This document shows positions 1 through 10,345 of a DNA stretch of 64,000 bases, one piece after another. Below the pieces are notes generated by a model that was given only the letters and a program-made list of their open reading frames with translations, was not told the DNA's origin and ran no database searches. The stretch comes from Cyanobacteria bacterium P01_D01_bin.156 (GTDB lineage: Bacteria; Cyanobacteriota; Cyanobacteriia; Phormidesmidales; Phormidesmidaceae). The translations under genes and the position numbers were made by a program. The DNA lies in the NCBI GenBank assembly GCA_039024555.1, contig JBCCQQ010000025.1:1-64000 (forward strand), written 5' to 3'. Numbering within the stretch: the stretch's first letter is position 1; each line of letters begins with the position of its first letter.

Positions 1-136
1 CTATGAGACCGGACGTAAAGCTACCGATGAGTTTAAGGCTCAGATGCCCATTCGCTTCGATGACTATCTACCTCAATGGAATTATGTTGCTCAACCACAA
101 CAAATATAAAACTGGAAGTTATTAAATCCCTATTCC
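1..136 (+). mobile_element. Right end of an ISAzo13-family insertion sequence (transposase C-terminus plus terminal inverted repeat)
   Basis: Frame 2 (2..109) reads YETGRKATDEFKAQMPIRFDDYLPQWNYVAQPQQI*, matching the Y-x-TG-x-K...P-x-WNY C-terminal signature of ISAzo13/Rhodopirellula-type DDE transposases. It is followed by GGAAGTTATTAAATCCCTATTCC (114-136) and TTA; this end is nearly identical to the MITE ends at 12453 and 17963. Confidence 0.8.
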
Positions 137-1474
137 TTAGCAAAACGCGATGCGCTAATTGTTATGCCCACTGGGGGTGGAAAGTCAATCTGTTTTCAGC
201 TACCCGCCTTGTTACAAACTGGAGTAACACTGATTATTTCGCCTTTGGTAGCCCTGATAGAAGATCAGGTACAAGAACTAAAGCAGAGACAACTGGCAGC
301 AGAGCGTTTACACAGTAGCTTAGGGTCTTGTGAAAAACGACAGATTTTACAGCAGCTACAACAGAATCAGCTTCGGTTACTGTATCTCTCCCCAGAAACC
401 TTATTGAGTAAACGGGTATGGGCAACATTATGCTTACCTGGAGTAAAGATAAACGGACTGATTCTGGATGAGGCGCACTGTCTAGTGCAGTGGGGAGATA
501 CATTTCGACCCACTTATCGTCGATTGGGAGCGGTCAGACCAGCACTGCTCAAGCACAAATCTGTAGGCACTAAAGTACCCATTGCAGCTTTTACAGCAAC
601 CGCAAACCCAACAGCTCAGCAAACTATCTGCAATGTTTTACAGTTACAAAATCCGAAGCAGGTAAAACTAAGTCCCTATCGGGCCAACTTGAACTTAGCA
701 GTCAAAATGGTATGGACACCGCGCGGACGAAGACAGGCGATGGTGCGATTTATCGAGGCTCATCCAGGGCAGGCAGGTTTGGTTTATGTGCGGACACGCC
801 GCACAGCAGAAGAGTTAGCCCAGTGGTTACAACCTCAGGGATTTTCAGTCGAGGCTTACCATGGAGGGTTAGCCAGTAGTACACGACGCAGAATTGAAGC
901 CGACTGGATTTCAGGTCATTGTCGTTTCGTAGTATGCACCAGTGCTTTTGGAATGGGGATCAATCATCCCCATGTGCGTTGGGTATGCCATTTTCATGCA
1001 CCGAGCACTCTAAGTGAATATGTACAGGAAATTGGTCGCGGCGGTCGGGATGGGAAACCGGCAGATGCTCTAACGCTGGTGAGTGAACCTACGGGGTATT
1101 TAGATCCGGAAGATAAGCAGCGATGGAAGTTTTTTGCAGACAGTGAACGAAAACTGCAACAAGATGCCAAACGATTAGTGAAGTCGTTACCTAGGAAAGG
1201 CCATATTGATGAGGTGTTACAACGAAATAAGAGAGCAGCAACAGCTTTGGCATTGTTGCACAGCCAGAAAAAGCTAGTTTGGGAAGATCCATTCCACTAT
1301 CGCTTAGTACAGCCAGCATCTCAAGACTCTGGAAAAACTGTTGATAGCGTCAAGGAAATCAAGCACTATCTTTTTACTCGGAAATGTCGTTGGCAAAAGC
1401 TTTTAGTACAGTTTGGCTGTGAAGTGGAAGCCCATAATATGCAATGTGGTCATTGCGATCTCTGTCAACGTTAG
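137..1474 (+). pseudogene. recQ: RecQ-family ATP-dependent DNA helicase, 5' end interrupted by the IS
   Basis: MPTGGGKS (motif I), LDEAH, TATA, QEIGRGGRDG, and C-terminal CR...CGHCDLC Zn domain. The frame continues upstream as LAKRDALIV only to the IS end at 136; the N-terminal FRxxQ (Q-motif) region is missing from this side of the IS. Confidence 0.8.
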
Positions 1475-1555
1475 TCAATATTTGACTCCCGATAATTAAC
1501 CTTGGCAATAAGTCGCTTACACTAGTGCCAGAATCCTAGGTTTAAGTTACAGCCT

Positions 1556-2140
1556 ATGTCAGCTCTCACTCTATATTCACCAGCAGAATATCTTGAGCTG
1601 GAAACCTCAGCAACGTTCAAAAGCGAATACCACCATGGCAAATTGGTTCCTATGACGGGCGGATCAACCAACCATAATCAAATTATTATCAACCTGATCG
1701 CATTTCTAAAATTTAGCTTGAAGGGTAAAGGATATCGGCAATTTGCTGGTGATGTTAAGTTGTGGATACCTGCATTTCAACGGTATACGTATCCAGATTT
1801 GATGATTGTGAAGGAAAAGCCCATTTATCACAATGGTCGGACAGATACCATCGAAAATCCAACGGTCATTATTGAAGTATTGTCCAAGTCTACGCAGGAC
1901 TATGACCATGGCGATAAGTTCAGTAGCTACCGCACACTGGCATCATTCCAAGAATATGTATTGGTGAATCAGTACAAGCAGCAGGTTGAACATTATGCAA
2001 AAACCGCTGAAAAACGATGGTCTTTTCAGGAATATGATGTCAACGATCAGCAATTTTCATTAGAAAAAGTACCGTTTGAAATCTCTTTGACTGACCTTTA
2101 CGATGAGGTTGACTTTACTCTAGAAGGTTCTGAAACTTAA
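1556..2140 (+). CDS. Uma2 family (PD-(D/E)XK-like) protein
   Basis: EY..G..VPMTGGS.NH, YPDLMIV, IIEVLSKST.DYD.GDKF..Y motifs. Confidence 0.9.
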   Translation: MSALTLYSPAEYLELETSATFKSEYHHGKLVPMTGGSTNHNQIIINLIAFLKFSLKGKGYRQFAGDVKLWIPAFQRYTYPDLMIVKEKPIYHNGRTDTIENPTVIIEVLSKSTQDYDHGDKFSSYRTLASFQEYVLVNQYKQQVEHYAKTAEKRWSFQEYDVNDQQFSLEKVPFEISLTDLYDEVDFTLEGSET

Positions 2141-2238
2141 TCCGGTAAGTGAAAAAATACTAATAACTCGAAGGTACACCTATCAATCTTGACGGGAATA
2201 TTGAAACCAACAGACCCAAAAGATTTGAGATTGGTTCA

Positions 2239-3261
2239 ATGAAACCCACCAAGCTATGCTGGCAGCTAACCATCGCCTTATCACTGGTAGGAAGCGCAGC
2301 TCATAGAGTTTCAGCCCATACCATTAGCAACTCTCATCACCACGAACATCAAACTACAATTCCACAATTCACCCAGGCCCTCCTCCACACCATGGCCCTG
2401 GATAATCATCCCCATCATCCCCAACTTCTTAGCCAAGCAAACCAGCTGACTAACGAAGTCCGGTTTGAAGACCGCAACGGCTACCGCTACATCTATGCCA
2501 ACGGCATCCCAGCGCATACCCCCGGCACCTTTCCCAACCCAGGCAATCCCAACACCATCTCCGCCCAAAGCCATACCTTTCGCATTACCCTCAATCCCCA
2601 GATCACTGGCCAAAGCACTCCGGTCAGACCAGCCTTTGGTGTTGCCCTCAACGGCGTTCCCTTTGAACCTGGTACCGCTGAATATTGGAATCGCGATCGC
2701 AACTCCGGCTGGAACTACGATGCCCTCTCCGGCAAAATCAACCTTGGCTTAGACCAGCACAATGCCCATGTGCAGCCCAATGGGTCCTATCACTACCATG
2801 GTCTACCCACTGGCCTACTCAACGGCACAGCCATGACGCCTGTTGGCTATGCTGCCGATGGTTTTCCCGTTTACGGTCAGTATGGTTATGCCGACGCCAA
2901 CTCATCTACCAGTGGTTTAGTTGAATTACAAAGCAGCTATCGTTTGAAGACTGGCCAGCGACCCAGCGGTCCCGGTGGCACACACGATGGCACCTTTGTG
3001 CAAGACTTTGAATATGTTGCTGGCCTGGGTGATCTAGATGACTGTAACGGACGCTTTGGCGTTACCCCAGAACATCCAGATGGCATTTATCACTACTACA
3101 TCACTACAACATTTCCATTTATTCCACGCTGTGTCAAAGGTACACCAGATGAGAGTTTTCAAAGAGCAGCAGCAGCTGGCAACAGAAATTCTGAGGATAG
3201 GTCCAACAGCCGCCCAGGTGATCGTCCTGCGTTTCCGCCACCAAGTCGCCGACCTTTTTAA
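2239..3261 (+). CDS. Secreted YHYH-domain protein with His-rich N-terminus
   Basis: Signal-peptide-like N-terminus; GVALNGVPF, LDQHNAHVQPNGSYHYHG, GYAADGFPVYG, DLDDCNGRFGVTPE motifs. Confidence 0.85.
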   Translation: MKPTKLCWQLTIALSLVGSAAHRVSAHTISNSHHHEHQTTIPQFTQALLHTMALDNHPHHPQLLSQANQLTNEVRFEDRNGYRYIYANGIPAHTPGTFPNPGNPNTISAQSHTFRITLNPQITGQSTPVRPAFGVALNGVPFEPGTAEYWNRDRNSGWNYDALSGKINLGLDQHNAHVQPNGSYHYHGLPTGLLNGTAMTPVGYAADGFPVYGQYGYADANSSTSGLVELQSSYRLKTGQRPSGPGGTHDGTFVQDFEYVAGLGDLDDCNGRFGVTPEHPDGIYHYYITTTFPFIPRCVKGTPDESFQRAAAAGNRNSEDRSNSRPGDRPAFPPPSRRPF

Positions 3262-3354
3262 TTGTCTGTTTTTAGCAAGAAAAAAGTATAGGTAATACGT
3301 GAAAGATTTGACTAAGAGATTAAAAAGAGAGTTTTAATTTGCAGAATTTTCCTC

Positions 3355-3624
3355 TTAACTTTTCCGAATCAGATCTAAACCACAAACGCCTGCAAAGCCT
3401 GCAAAGAAATAGGCAGCAAACTGAGCAGGGTGAGCATTAATCAGCGAAGACTCAGAACCAATTAACCGACCAGAATTGTTGCTAGCAATAAAAATCAGAG
3501 CAAATGCGATCGCACACAGACCAATGCCCTTACCCAAGTCATAGCGTCTATTCCGGGAAGCACTGGACGGCATCATGGGCTTTTGCACAGTAGGCTCGCG
3601 TCGTTTCAACTGTTTACCATTCAT
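3355..3624 (-). CDS. Small hypothetical membrane protein (89 aa, two hydrophobic segments)
   Basis: ATG at 3624 (MNGKQLKRR...) lies just after the stop of the upstream small ORF; two TM-like stretches. Confidence 0.5.
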   Translation of the reverse strand: MNGKQLKRREPTVQKPMMPSSASRNRRYDLGKGIGLCAIAFALIFIASNNSGRLIGSESSLINAHPAQFAAYFFAGFAGVCGLDLIRKS

Positions 3625-3628
3625 CGGT

Positions 3629-3802
3629 TTACTCCCTAGACACCATAGTAATAAGACCGACACCGCTGCCCATAAGCAAAGCGGCCACACCTGATACTTC
3701 ACGATTGGGAATCAGGCTAATGCCCGTAAACAGCAAACCTATGCCAAACATGACGCTGCCAAGAATCACGATGGTGCGTTCTGAAAAATTCATCATAACC
3801 AT
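3629..3802 (-). CDS. Small hypothetical membrane protein (57 aa), not in ORF track
   Basis: Manual translation MVMMNFSERTIVILGSVMFGIGLLFTGISLIPNREVSGVAALLMGSGVGLITMVSRE*; two TM-like helices. Confidence 0.5.
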   Translation of the reverse strand: MVMMNFSERTIVILGSVMFGIGLLFTGISLIPNREVSGVAALLMGSGVGLITMVSRE

Positions 3803-3898
3803 AGTCGACGGTGTCTAGGCCATTGTAAGTCGGCAAGGGCCAAGACCACGACTAGGGAATGTGTATATGACCAACATATCAAGTACCCTTAGGGCTGA

Positions 3899-6289
3899 AT
3901 GTTTGCTGTCATTCCTATGGTCCCTGATCGTACAGAACAACTCCAGCGATTGCGCAATAGCCTCCGACCAGGCCAGCGTCGTCTGGCAGACTGGCGTGGC
4001 GGACCGCTAGCGGTATCAGCAGTGCCTGGGTCCGGTAAATCCACTGGCATGGCTGCAGGGGCTGCGATCGCAATTGCCAACTTTCAACTCCATGCCCGTA
4101 AACAGCTGGTTTTAGTTACCTTTACGCGTTCTGCAGCGGCAAACCTAAAAGCAAAGGTTCGCAATCACCTTAAGGCGCTGAAGCTTCCCTACAACAGCTT
4201 TATCGTCAATACTCTCCACGGCCTAGCTCTAAATATTGCCACCCATAATCCAGAAATCTCCGGCATCAACCTAGAGACAACCACCCTGGTTTCTCCTAAC
4301 CAAAGTAATCGGCTTATCCGCACGGCTGTGGAGGCCTGGATTCATGAAGCGCCAGACCTATACCACCGCCTAGTGGAGGGACAAAGCTTTGACGGAGAAG
4401 AAACTGAACGTCTACGCCGCCAATCGGTATTACGAACCGAGATACTGCCAGACCTGGCCCATACAGCTATCCATGAAGCCAAAAGCTCTGGCCTTCAACC
4501 AAACGATCTAAGTCGTATTAGTCAGCAGGCTCCCCCTAATCCTTATCAATTATTAGAGGTGGCAGCTGGACTCTATGGACAATATCAAATTCTCCTGAGC
4601 CAGCGAGGGCTGATTGATTATGACGATATGATCCTAGCGGCACTCAAAGCACTAGAAGACCCAGATGTTTGTCATCGTTGGCAAACACAGTTTTTTGCCG
4701 TATTCGAAGATGAAGCCCAAGATTCATCGCCACTCCAGACAAAATTATTAGAGAAATTAGCAGAGTCTCCTGCAGCCCCAGACTCTTCCCCGACCTCTTC
4801 TGAAAAAAGGAGTGAGATTCTCTCCATGGCAGCAGGCACTAGCGGGGATTTAGTGCGCGTTGGTGACCCCAACCAGGCAATTAATTCAACATTTACCCCT
4901 GCCGATCCTGTTTTCTTTAATCAGTTTTGCGAAGCTAATCGTCCTGCTCAACTGGCCACCATTAATCAAGCGGGCCGCAGCACCCAAACCATTATGGATG
5001 CTGCGAACTACTTACTGCGTTGGGTCAACCAACAGTCCCCAGGTGACAATCCACCGTTTCGAGACCAGACAATTTTGCCGGTGTCACCCAACGATCCTCA
5101 ACCGAACGCTAATCCAGCTCCCTTTGGACAAGGGGTAGAACTGATCAAACCAGCGAATATCACAACAACCGTACAACAGATTGCTCAACGTGTAAGAGCG
5201 TTGATGGAAGCTTGGCAACAGAATAAAGCTACATCCCATGAACCAACCCTACCGCCAACCCTACCGCCAACCCTAGCTGTACTAGTGAGAGAAAATCGCC
5301 AAGGGCGCTTTGTTCGAGAAATGTTAGAAGATCCTGAACGACTGGGGTTTGATTTTGTTGAGGAGACGGGGCTAAAAATTTATGACGTGGGCAGTCGCGA
5401 TCGCAATACTCAAGTACCGCTGGAAATGATGCGGCTGCTCCAGTTTATCGAACGGCCCCATTCTCCGGACTATCTCAAGGGGGCTCTACGGGTACTCGTA
5501 GATCGCCAGCGCATTCCCACCCAGGACCTTAACCCTCTTGCCACCTACCCTGAACAGTTTCTCTACCCAGGACCACTCGACCCGACCCTAACCACTGAAG
5601 CCGCCCTCAGTGCGCGTCGGTATTGCACGAGCCTGTTAAGGGCTCGTTTTGACCTACCCCCTTACCACCTGATGCCATTTCTCGGCACCACGCTTGGCTA
5701 CAACCAAAGTGAACTAGCGACTGCTGATAAGCTAGCCGCCCGCATTGCCCAACAAACCACTGAAGACAGCAGTCTCAGTAACATGATTGGAGCCCTGCAA
5801 GAAATTGTCAGTGCCGAACGATTTGATGCCATTGAAGCAGAAGATGCTGAAGCTCAATACACCCGAGCTGGCCAACTCACTATTATCACCATGCACAAGG
5901 CTAAAGGGCTGGATTGGGATGCTGTGTTTTTACCCTTTCTCCATGCCAAGCTCATTCCCGGCGAGTCCTGGGTTCCCCCCCAAGGAGAATTTTTAGGAGC
6001 TGTAGCCCTACCGGACGTGGCCCGCGCCCAGATCCGCGCTCACATCCACGGATACTCTAAAATCCCCGATATTCCTGACGCTTGGCAACGAGCACATGCC
6101 CTCAAACAAGCGGAAGAATACCGGCTACTCTATGTCGCCATGACCCGTGCAAAACGCCTGCTGTGGATGAGTGCCGCCAACCAATCTCCCTTCGCCTGGA
6201 GTAATCCAGACAACTTACACGAAGGCGACCCCTGCCCCCTATTGCCAGCCCTGGGAAAATTTATCCGAGAGCAACAGTCAACGCCTTAG
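3899..6289 (+). CDS. UvrD/REP superfamily I ATP-dependent helicase
   Basis: AVPGSGKS, VTFTRSAA, EDEAQDS, VGDPNQAI, TMHKAKGLDWD, EEYRLLYVAMTRAK. Confidence 0.9.
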   Translation: MFAVIPMVPDRTEQLQRLRNSLRPGQRRLADWRGGPLAVSAVPGSGKSTGMAAGAAIAIANFQLHARKQLVLVTFTRSAAANLKAKVRNHLKALKLPYNSFIVNTLHGLALNIATHNPEISGINLETTTLVSPNQSNRLIRTAVEAWIHEAPDLYHRLVEGQSFDGEETERLRRQSVLRTEILPDLAHTAIHEAKSSGLQPNDLSRISQQAPPNPYQLLEVAAGLYGQYQILLSQRGLIDYDDMILAALKALEDPDVCHRWQTQFFAVFEDEAQDSSPLQTKLLEKLAESPAAPDSSPTSSEKRSEILSMAAGTSGDLVRVGDPNQAINSTFTPADPVFFNQFCEANRPAQLATINQAGRSTQTIMDAANYLLRWVNQQSPGDNPPFRDQTILPVSPNDPQPNANPAPFGQGVELIKPANITTTVQQIAQRVRALMEAWQQNKATSHEPTLPPTLPPTLAVLVRENRQGRFVREMLEDPERLGFDFVEETGLKIYDVGSRDRNTQVPLEMMRLLQFIERPHSPDYLKGALRVLVDRQRIPTQDLNPLATYPEQFLYPGPLDPTLTTEAALSARRYCTSLLRARFDLPPYHLMPFLGTTLGYNQSELATADKLAARIAQQTTEDSSLSNMIGALQEIVSAERFDAIEAEDAEAQYTRAGQLTIITMHKAKGLDWDAVFLPFLHAKLIPGESWVPPQGEFLGAVALPDVARAQIRAHIHGYSKIPDIPDAWQRAHALKQAEEYRLLYVAMTRAKRLLWMSAANQSPFAWSNPDNLHEGDPCPLLPALGKFIREQQSTP
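5243..5275 (+). repeat. In-frame 12-bp tandem repeat (CCAACCCTACCG x2.75) in the helicase
   Basis: Encodes PTLPPTLPPTL. Confidence 0.8.
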
Positions 6290-6335
6290 AATTAAAGCGT
6301 GACAACACTTCTTCACCCCACAGGAATATTCCCTT

Positions 6336-6641
6336 ATGTCCAAAGCTGTCCTCAAGTTTTCATCAGAAGACTGCGGCATCTGTCACAAGATGTCGTTTTA
6401 CGATGCCAAGGTAGCGACTGAACTAGGCCTAGAATTTGTTGATATCAAAATGCAGGATACAGCCACCTATCGAAAATACCGAAAGGTACTACTGACCCAA
6501 TATCCAGACAAGGCAGATATGGGCTGGCCTACCTATATTATTTGCGAAGAACCGGAGGGAGAGTTTACCATCTTAGGCGAGGTTAAAGGCGGACATCCCA
6601 AAGGAGAGTTTCGCAAACGGCTTCAGGCTGTCATCAAATAA
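6336..6641 (+). CDS. Thioredoxin-fold protein (CGIC)
   Basis: LKFSSEDCGICHKM with CxxC; WPT cis-Pro-like motif. Confidence 0.75.
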   Translation: MSKAVLKFSSEDCGICHKMSFYDAKVATELGLEFVDIKMQDTATYRKYRKVLLTQYPDKADMGWPTYIICEEPEGEFTILGEVKGGHPKGEFRKRLQAVIK

Positions 6642-6650
6642 ACAAGAGAA

Positions 6651-6678
6651 AAGGCTGGATACTAAAGACTCCAGCCTT
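6651..6678. terminator. Hairpin between convergent genes
   Basis: AAGGCTGGA...TCCAGCCTT inverted repeat. Confidence 0.55.
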
Positions 6679-6788
6679 GTTCCAAGACAGTGTTGTTAAA
6701 CGTGTGTTTTTGAGAATGGAAAGCGCAGCCATCTAGCCAGACTGACTAGATAGCCCATCGCTAGTTTTTGAAATGATTACCTTAGGGG

Positions 6789-7052
6789 TTAGAGCACACC
6801 GATGGATGCCAAACCGATGATGGCACCAATGCCGATGACATGACCAAGACTGGTACATGCCAACATTGCACCATGGCCCATGCCACCGAAAAATTCGGAG
6901 GAAGGTAGACCAAGGCCAACGTTCTTCTGCTGAATACCGTAGTTACCGATTGCGATCGCAAGAATATTGCAAACAATCATTACGAAGCCTACCTTGGGGC
7001 TCCAAGTAACCGTCGCGGGAGTCACTGCCAATAAAGAAGGTAAGTAAAGCAA
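6789..7052 (-). CDS. psaK: Photosystem I subunit PsaK
   Basis: WSPKVGFVMIVCNILAIAIG and LACTSLGHVIGIGAIIGL. Confidence 0.92.
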   Translation of the reverse strand: MLYLPSLLAVTPATVTWSPKVGFVMIVCNILAIAIGNYGIQQKNVGLGLPSSEFFGGMGHGAMLACTSLGHVIGIGAIIGLASIGVL

Positions 7053-7203
7053 TTTACCGTCTCCTCTCAGAAATAGTATGGTTTTGAAAGCTGAAGCCTG
7101 AACTCAGCGCAAACTAAGTACAAACCTTGTCATCATCTTTCATCAATGCGCTAGCTCAACGACCGCCTCGTTGCAAGAATTTACAAAGGGAGCATAAATA
7201 CTC

Positions 7204-7635
7204 ATGGCACATGGCTTACTTTGGTTGCCCCTACTCGTTTTCTTTTTTTGGATTACCTGGGCTGGCTGGAACGAATATCAAAAGGTGGAAACCTATAAAC
7301 AGTGGGCCACTCAATTTGAACGTGCCAAATACGATATATTCGCTGCATTAGGTCAATCAGACCGCACTCTCACTTGGGGACTACCGACACGTCAAGGCAT
7401 TGTCAATTTACAAACCCTGAACCTAAATGACATTGAGAAGATTGAAGTGCTTACCAAAAAAGAGGACAGCTTTAGGAAGCTGGCCAAGGGTGACATTAAG
7501 AAAAGTGAAGCCTTCATCCAATTCCAAGGGAAAAATAGCCAGTCTGCACAAATTCCATTTACAGATGTAGACCTAGCTCATAAGTGGCATGCATTCTTAG
7601 TAGAGCTGCTGACAAAAACTGATAATTTCGCCTAA
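7204..7635 (+). CDS. Conserved cyanobacterial membrane-anchored hypothetical protein
   Basis: GLLWLPLL..F.W.AGWNEYQKVE.Y..WA..F.RAKYDI; located upstream of ftsQ. Confidence 0.75.
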   Translation: MAHGLLWLPLLVFFFWITWAGWNEYQKVETYKQWATQFERAKYDIFAALGQSDRTLTWGLPTRQGIVNLQTLNLNDIEKIEVLTKKEDSFRKLAKGDIKKSEAFIQFQGKNSQSAQIPFTDVDLAHKWHAFLVELLTKTDNFA

Positions 7636-7789
7636 CCTTCTAAAGCTAATAACCTTCCACGGTCTTAAGGGTTCTTCCACGTTCATACCTTTTTTCCCAA
7701 AGAAGTGTCAGGATGATCTACCCATTGGGCAGTCTGAATGCTTAGATATACTCTCCAGTATCAAGTAGAGCCCTATTTAGCTTTCTTTC

Positions 7790-8629
7790 ATGCCGGCTAT
7801 CCCCGAGTACTCCCGAGAAACGTTAAACACTCGTCGTAAGGATCTGAAACGACGGCGACATCATCTTTTCTGGCAACAACTCTGGCGCTACACAGCAATG
7901 GCGGGGCTAACCATGGGCTGCCTGAGTCTGGCAACGTCTGCTCGCTGGCAACTCACCTCTACAGAGCAGATCAATATCAGTGGCAACCGCTTACTCTCTG
8001 ACGATGCGGTACATACCCTGATGGGTATGACCTATCCCCTATCTTTACTCAAGATTCATCCACTGGAGCTCGAAAATACACTGGTTACAGAAGGCCCCAT
8101 TGCCGATGCCATCGTACAGCGACGCCTACTGCCACCGGGACTAAATATTCAAATCCAGGAACGCACCCCTGTGGCCATTTCGCTACCCAATCCAAATGTC
8201 ACGATTACGTCCCTAGATGATGAGCCTCAACCGTTTAGCCAAAAGGGACTGATCGATGCGAAAGGCCATTGGATGCCTTTCGATAGCTTCACCAGACTCG
8301 GCAATCAGCAACCCAAGCTACAGGTGCAAGGAATGCGCCGTGCATATCAAAAAGACTGGCCAATCATCTATCGCGCAATCCAAAAAACGCCTGTTCACAT
8401 CTCGTTGTTGGATTGGAGTGAGCCCAGCAATTTAGTCTTGCATACAGAGCTAGGACGCGTACACATTGGTTACTATGGTCCCAACTTTTCTAAACAGTTG
8501 GCAGCCTTAGATAGAATGCGCAATTTGAACGCCAAGATGAATATTGAAGAAATTGCGTTTATTGACCTGAGGAACCCCGATAATCCCACCTTAGAAATCC
8601 TGCAGGCAACAACAACTCCAACGCCCTAA
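7790..8629 (+). CDS. ftsQ: Cell division protein FtsQ/DivIB (POTRA)
   Basis: Basic N-terminus, TM segment, ISGN..LS POTRA region, RRLLPP.L.I.I.ER.PVA, IDLRNP; directly upstream of ftsZ. Confidence 0.88.
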   Translation: MPAIPEYSRETLNTRRKDLKRRRHHLFWQQLWRYTAMAGLTMGCLSLATSARWQLTSTEQINISGNRLLSDDAVHTLMGMTYPLSLLKIHPLELENTLVTEGPIADAIVQRRLLPPGLNIQIQERTPVAISLPNPNVTITSLDDEPQPFSQKGLIDAKGHWMPFDSFTRLGNQQPKLQVQGMRRAYQKDWPIIYRAIQKTPVHISLLDWSEPSNLVLHTELGRVHIGYYGPNFSKQLAALDRMRNLNAKMNIEEIAFIDLRNPDNPTLEILQATTTPTP

Positions 8630-9084
8630 GGAACCTATCAATGAACACCATTACTAAACCCTGGAGACGTCGCCATCCAACCATCTCCGGTTTTAGATAT
8701 TGATACTTAATAGAGGTTTTTTTGGGGCAGTAATCCAGGTAATTGGTTCGCTGCTTTTAAACGTGAGTTATTAACTGATCAAATTCCTGAATTAATTAGT
8801 AAGTTTAGTTGGTTTTTTAAGCAAGTTCCCGTATAGTTGACTAGAACATGCGGAGTACGCTTTAAAACCTTTTTTTAGATTCTCTGTAAGGCTCTCTAGG
8901 AAAGAGTTTTAGGTTGAATTTAGTCGCCCTTGATGTTTAACCTTTTCTGTAATTTACAGAGATTTGTACTATCCGGCGAATAATTGCTATATAGTTAGTT
9001 CTTACTTTTTTTGGCTAACGCCTCGCTGTTCTGTGACTGATTGGGTCAATAGACCACTGGTACGTTGTCTTATCACTCGCCCTT

Positions 9085-10332
9085 ATGTCTAAATCATCCT
9101 CACATAATTCTCACGGAAACTCGGGCTTGGGTTTAAACATGTCTGATATAAGTAATAACCATAAAAACCATCGGAATGACACTGCTGCCAGCAGTGCAGC
9201 TATGGGAGGCGATATTGTGCCGGGGAGTATGGCGAGGATTAAGGTTGTCGGAGTTGGTGGTGGTGGCTGCAATGCAGTGAACCGGATGATCGACAGTGGG
9301 GTTTCTGGCATTGAGTTTTGGTCCCTAAACACGGATGCCCAGGCACTGCTAAAGACAGGCACTGCGAGTCATTTACAGATCGGTCAAAAGCTTACTCGTG
9401 GGTTAGGCGCTGGTGGCAACCCTGCCATTGGTCAAAAAGCCGCAGAAGAATCCCGCGATGAGATTTCTACAGCTATTGAAGGTGCAGATTTAGTTTTTAT
9501 TACTTCTGGCATGGGTGGCGGCACTGGAACAGGTGCTGCCCCCGTTGTTGCTGAAGCGGCTAAAGAAGCCGGAGCTCTGACTGTTGGCGTCGTGACTCGC
9601 CCCTTTACATTTGAGGGCCGTCGCCGTACGACCCAGGCAGAAGAAGGGATTATGGCACTGCAAGAATGTGTCGATACCCTAATTATTATTCCAAACGACA
9701 AGCTGCTATCGGTGATTTCGGAACAGACACCGGTTCAAGAAGCGTTTCGGTTTGCCGATGATATTCTGCGTCAGGGTGTCCAAGGTATTTCTGACATTAT
9801 TACGATTTCTGGCTTGGTCAACGTGGACTTTGCAGATGTCCGGGCGGTCATGGCTGACGCTGGTTCGGCACTGATGGGTATCGGTGTAGGCTCTGGGAAA
9901 TCTCGTGCTCGGGAAGCTGCGATCGCAGCTATCTCTTCTCCACTATTGGAGACGTCTATCGACGGTGCATCCGGTGCAGTCCTCAATATTACTGGTGGCA
10001 CTGACCTTACTCTGCATGAAGTCAACGCAGCAGCGGAAATCATTTACGAAGCCGTAGACCCCAACGCCAACATTATTTTTGGTGCAGTCATTGACGAACG
10101 TCTTCAAGGAGAGGTTCGGATTACAGTCATTGCAACAGGGTTTAACTCCGAATTTAGGGCAGCTCCAGCGGCTCCAGCGGCTCCTTCTCGCATTGCACCA
10201 CTTAAGCGGCCATCTTCGATTGGGGGAACTGCTGCTGATTTGGCACCGAAACCTAATCCCACTAATCAGCCTGGTCTTTCCCCAAACTTAGATATCCCCG
10301 ATTTTCTACAGCGGCGGCGACAGTCTCGCTAG
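9085..10332 (+). CDS. ftsZ: Cell division GTPase FtsZ
   Basis: [26 protein letters not shown] tubulin signature, NVDFADV, C-terminal [10 protein letters not shown]. Confidence 0.99.
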   Translation: MSKSSSHNSHGNSGLGLNMSDISNNHKNHRNDTAASSAAMGGDIVPGSMARIKVVGVGGGGCNAVNRMIDSGVSGIEFWSLNTDAQALLKTGTASHLQIGQKLTRGLGAGGNPAIGQKAAEESRDEISTAIEGADLVFITSGMGGGTGTGAAPVVAEAAKEAGALTVGVVTRPFTFEGRRRTTQAEEGIMALQECVDTLIIIPNDKLLSVISEQTPVQEAFRFADDILRQGVQGISDIITISGLVNVDFADVRAVMADAGSALMGIGVGSGKSRAREAAIAAISSPLLETSIDGASGAVLNITGGTDLTLHEVNAAAEIIYEAVDPNANIIFGAVIDERLQGEVRITVIATGFNSEFRAAPAAPAAPSRIAPLKRPSSIGGTAADLAPKPNPTNQPGLSPNLDIPDFLQRRRQSR

Positions 10333-10345
10333 GGGCACTGTTAGC

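Noticed and set aside
76..318. ORF 76..318, and the reading EVIKSL(F)L across 115-139 that resembles RecQ's EIxxSLL, suggesting a simple 4-bp frameshift in recQ
   Set aside because: The same bases match the MITE termini at 20/23 positions and directly follow a transposase stop codon. An IS terminal repeat explains them better; the peptide similarity is treated as coincidence.
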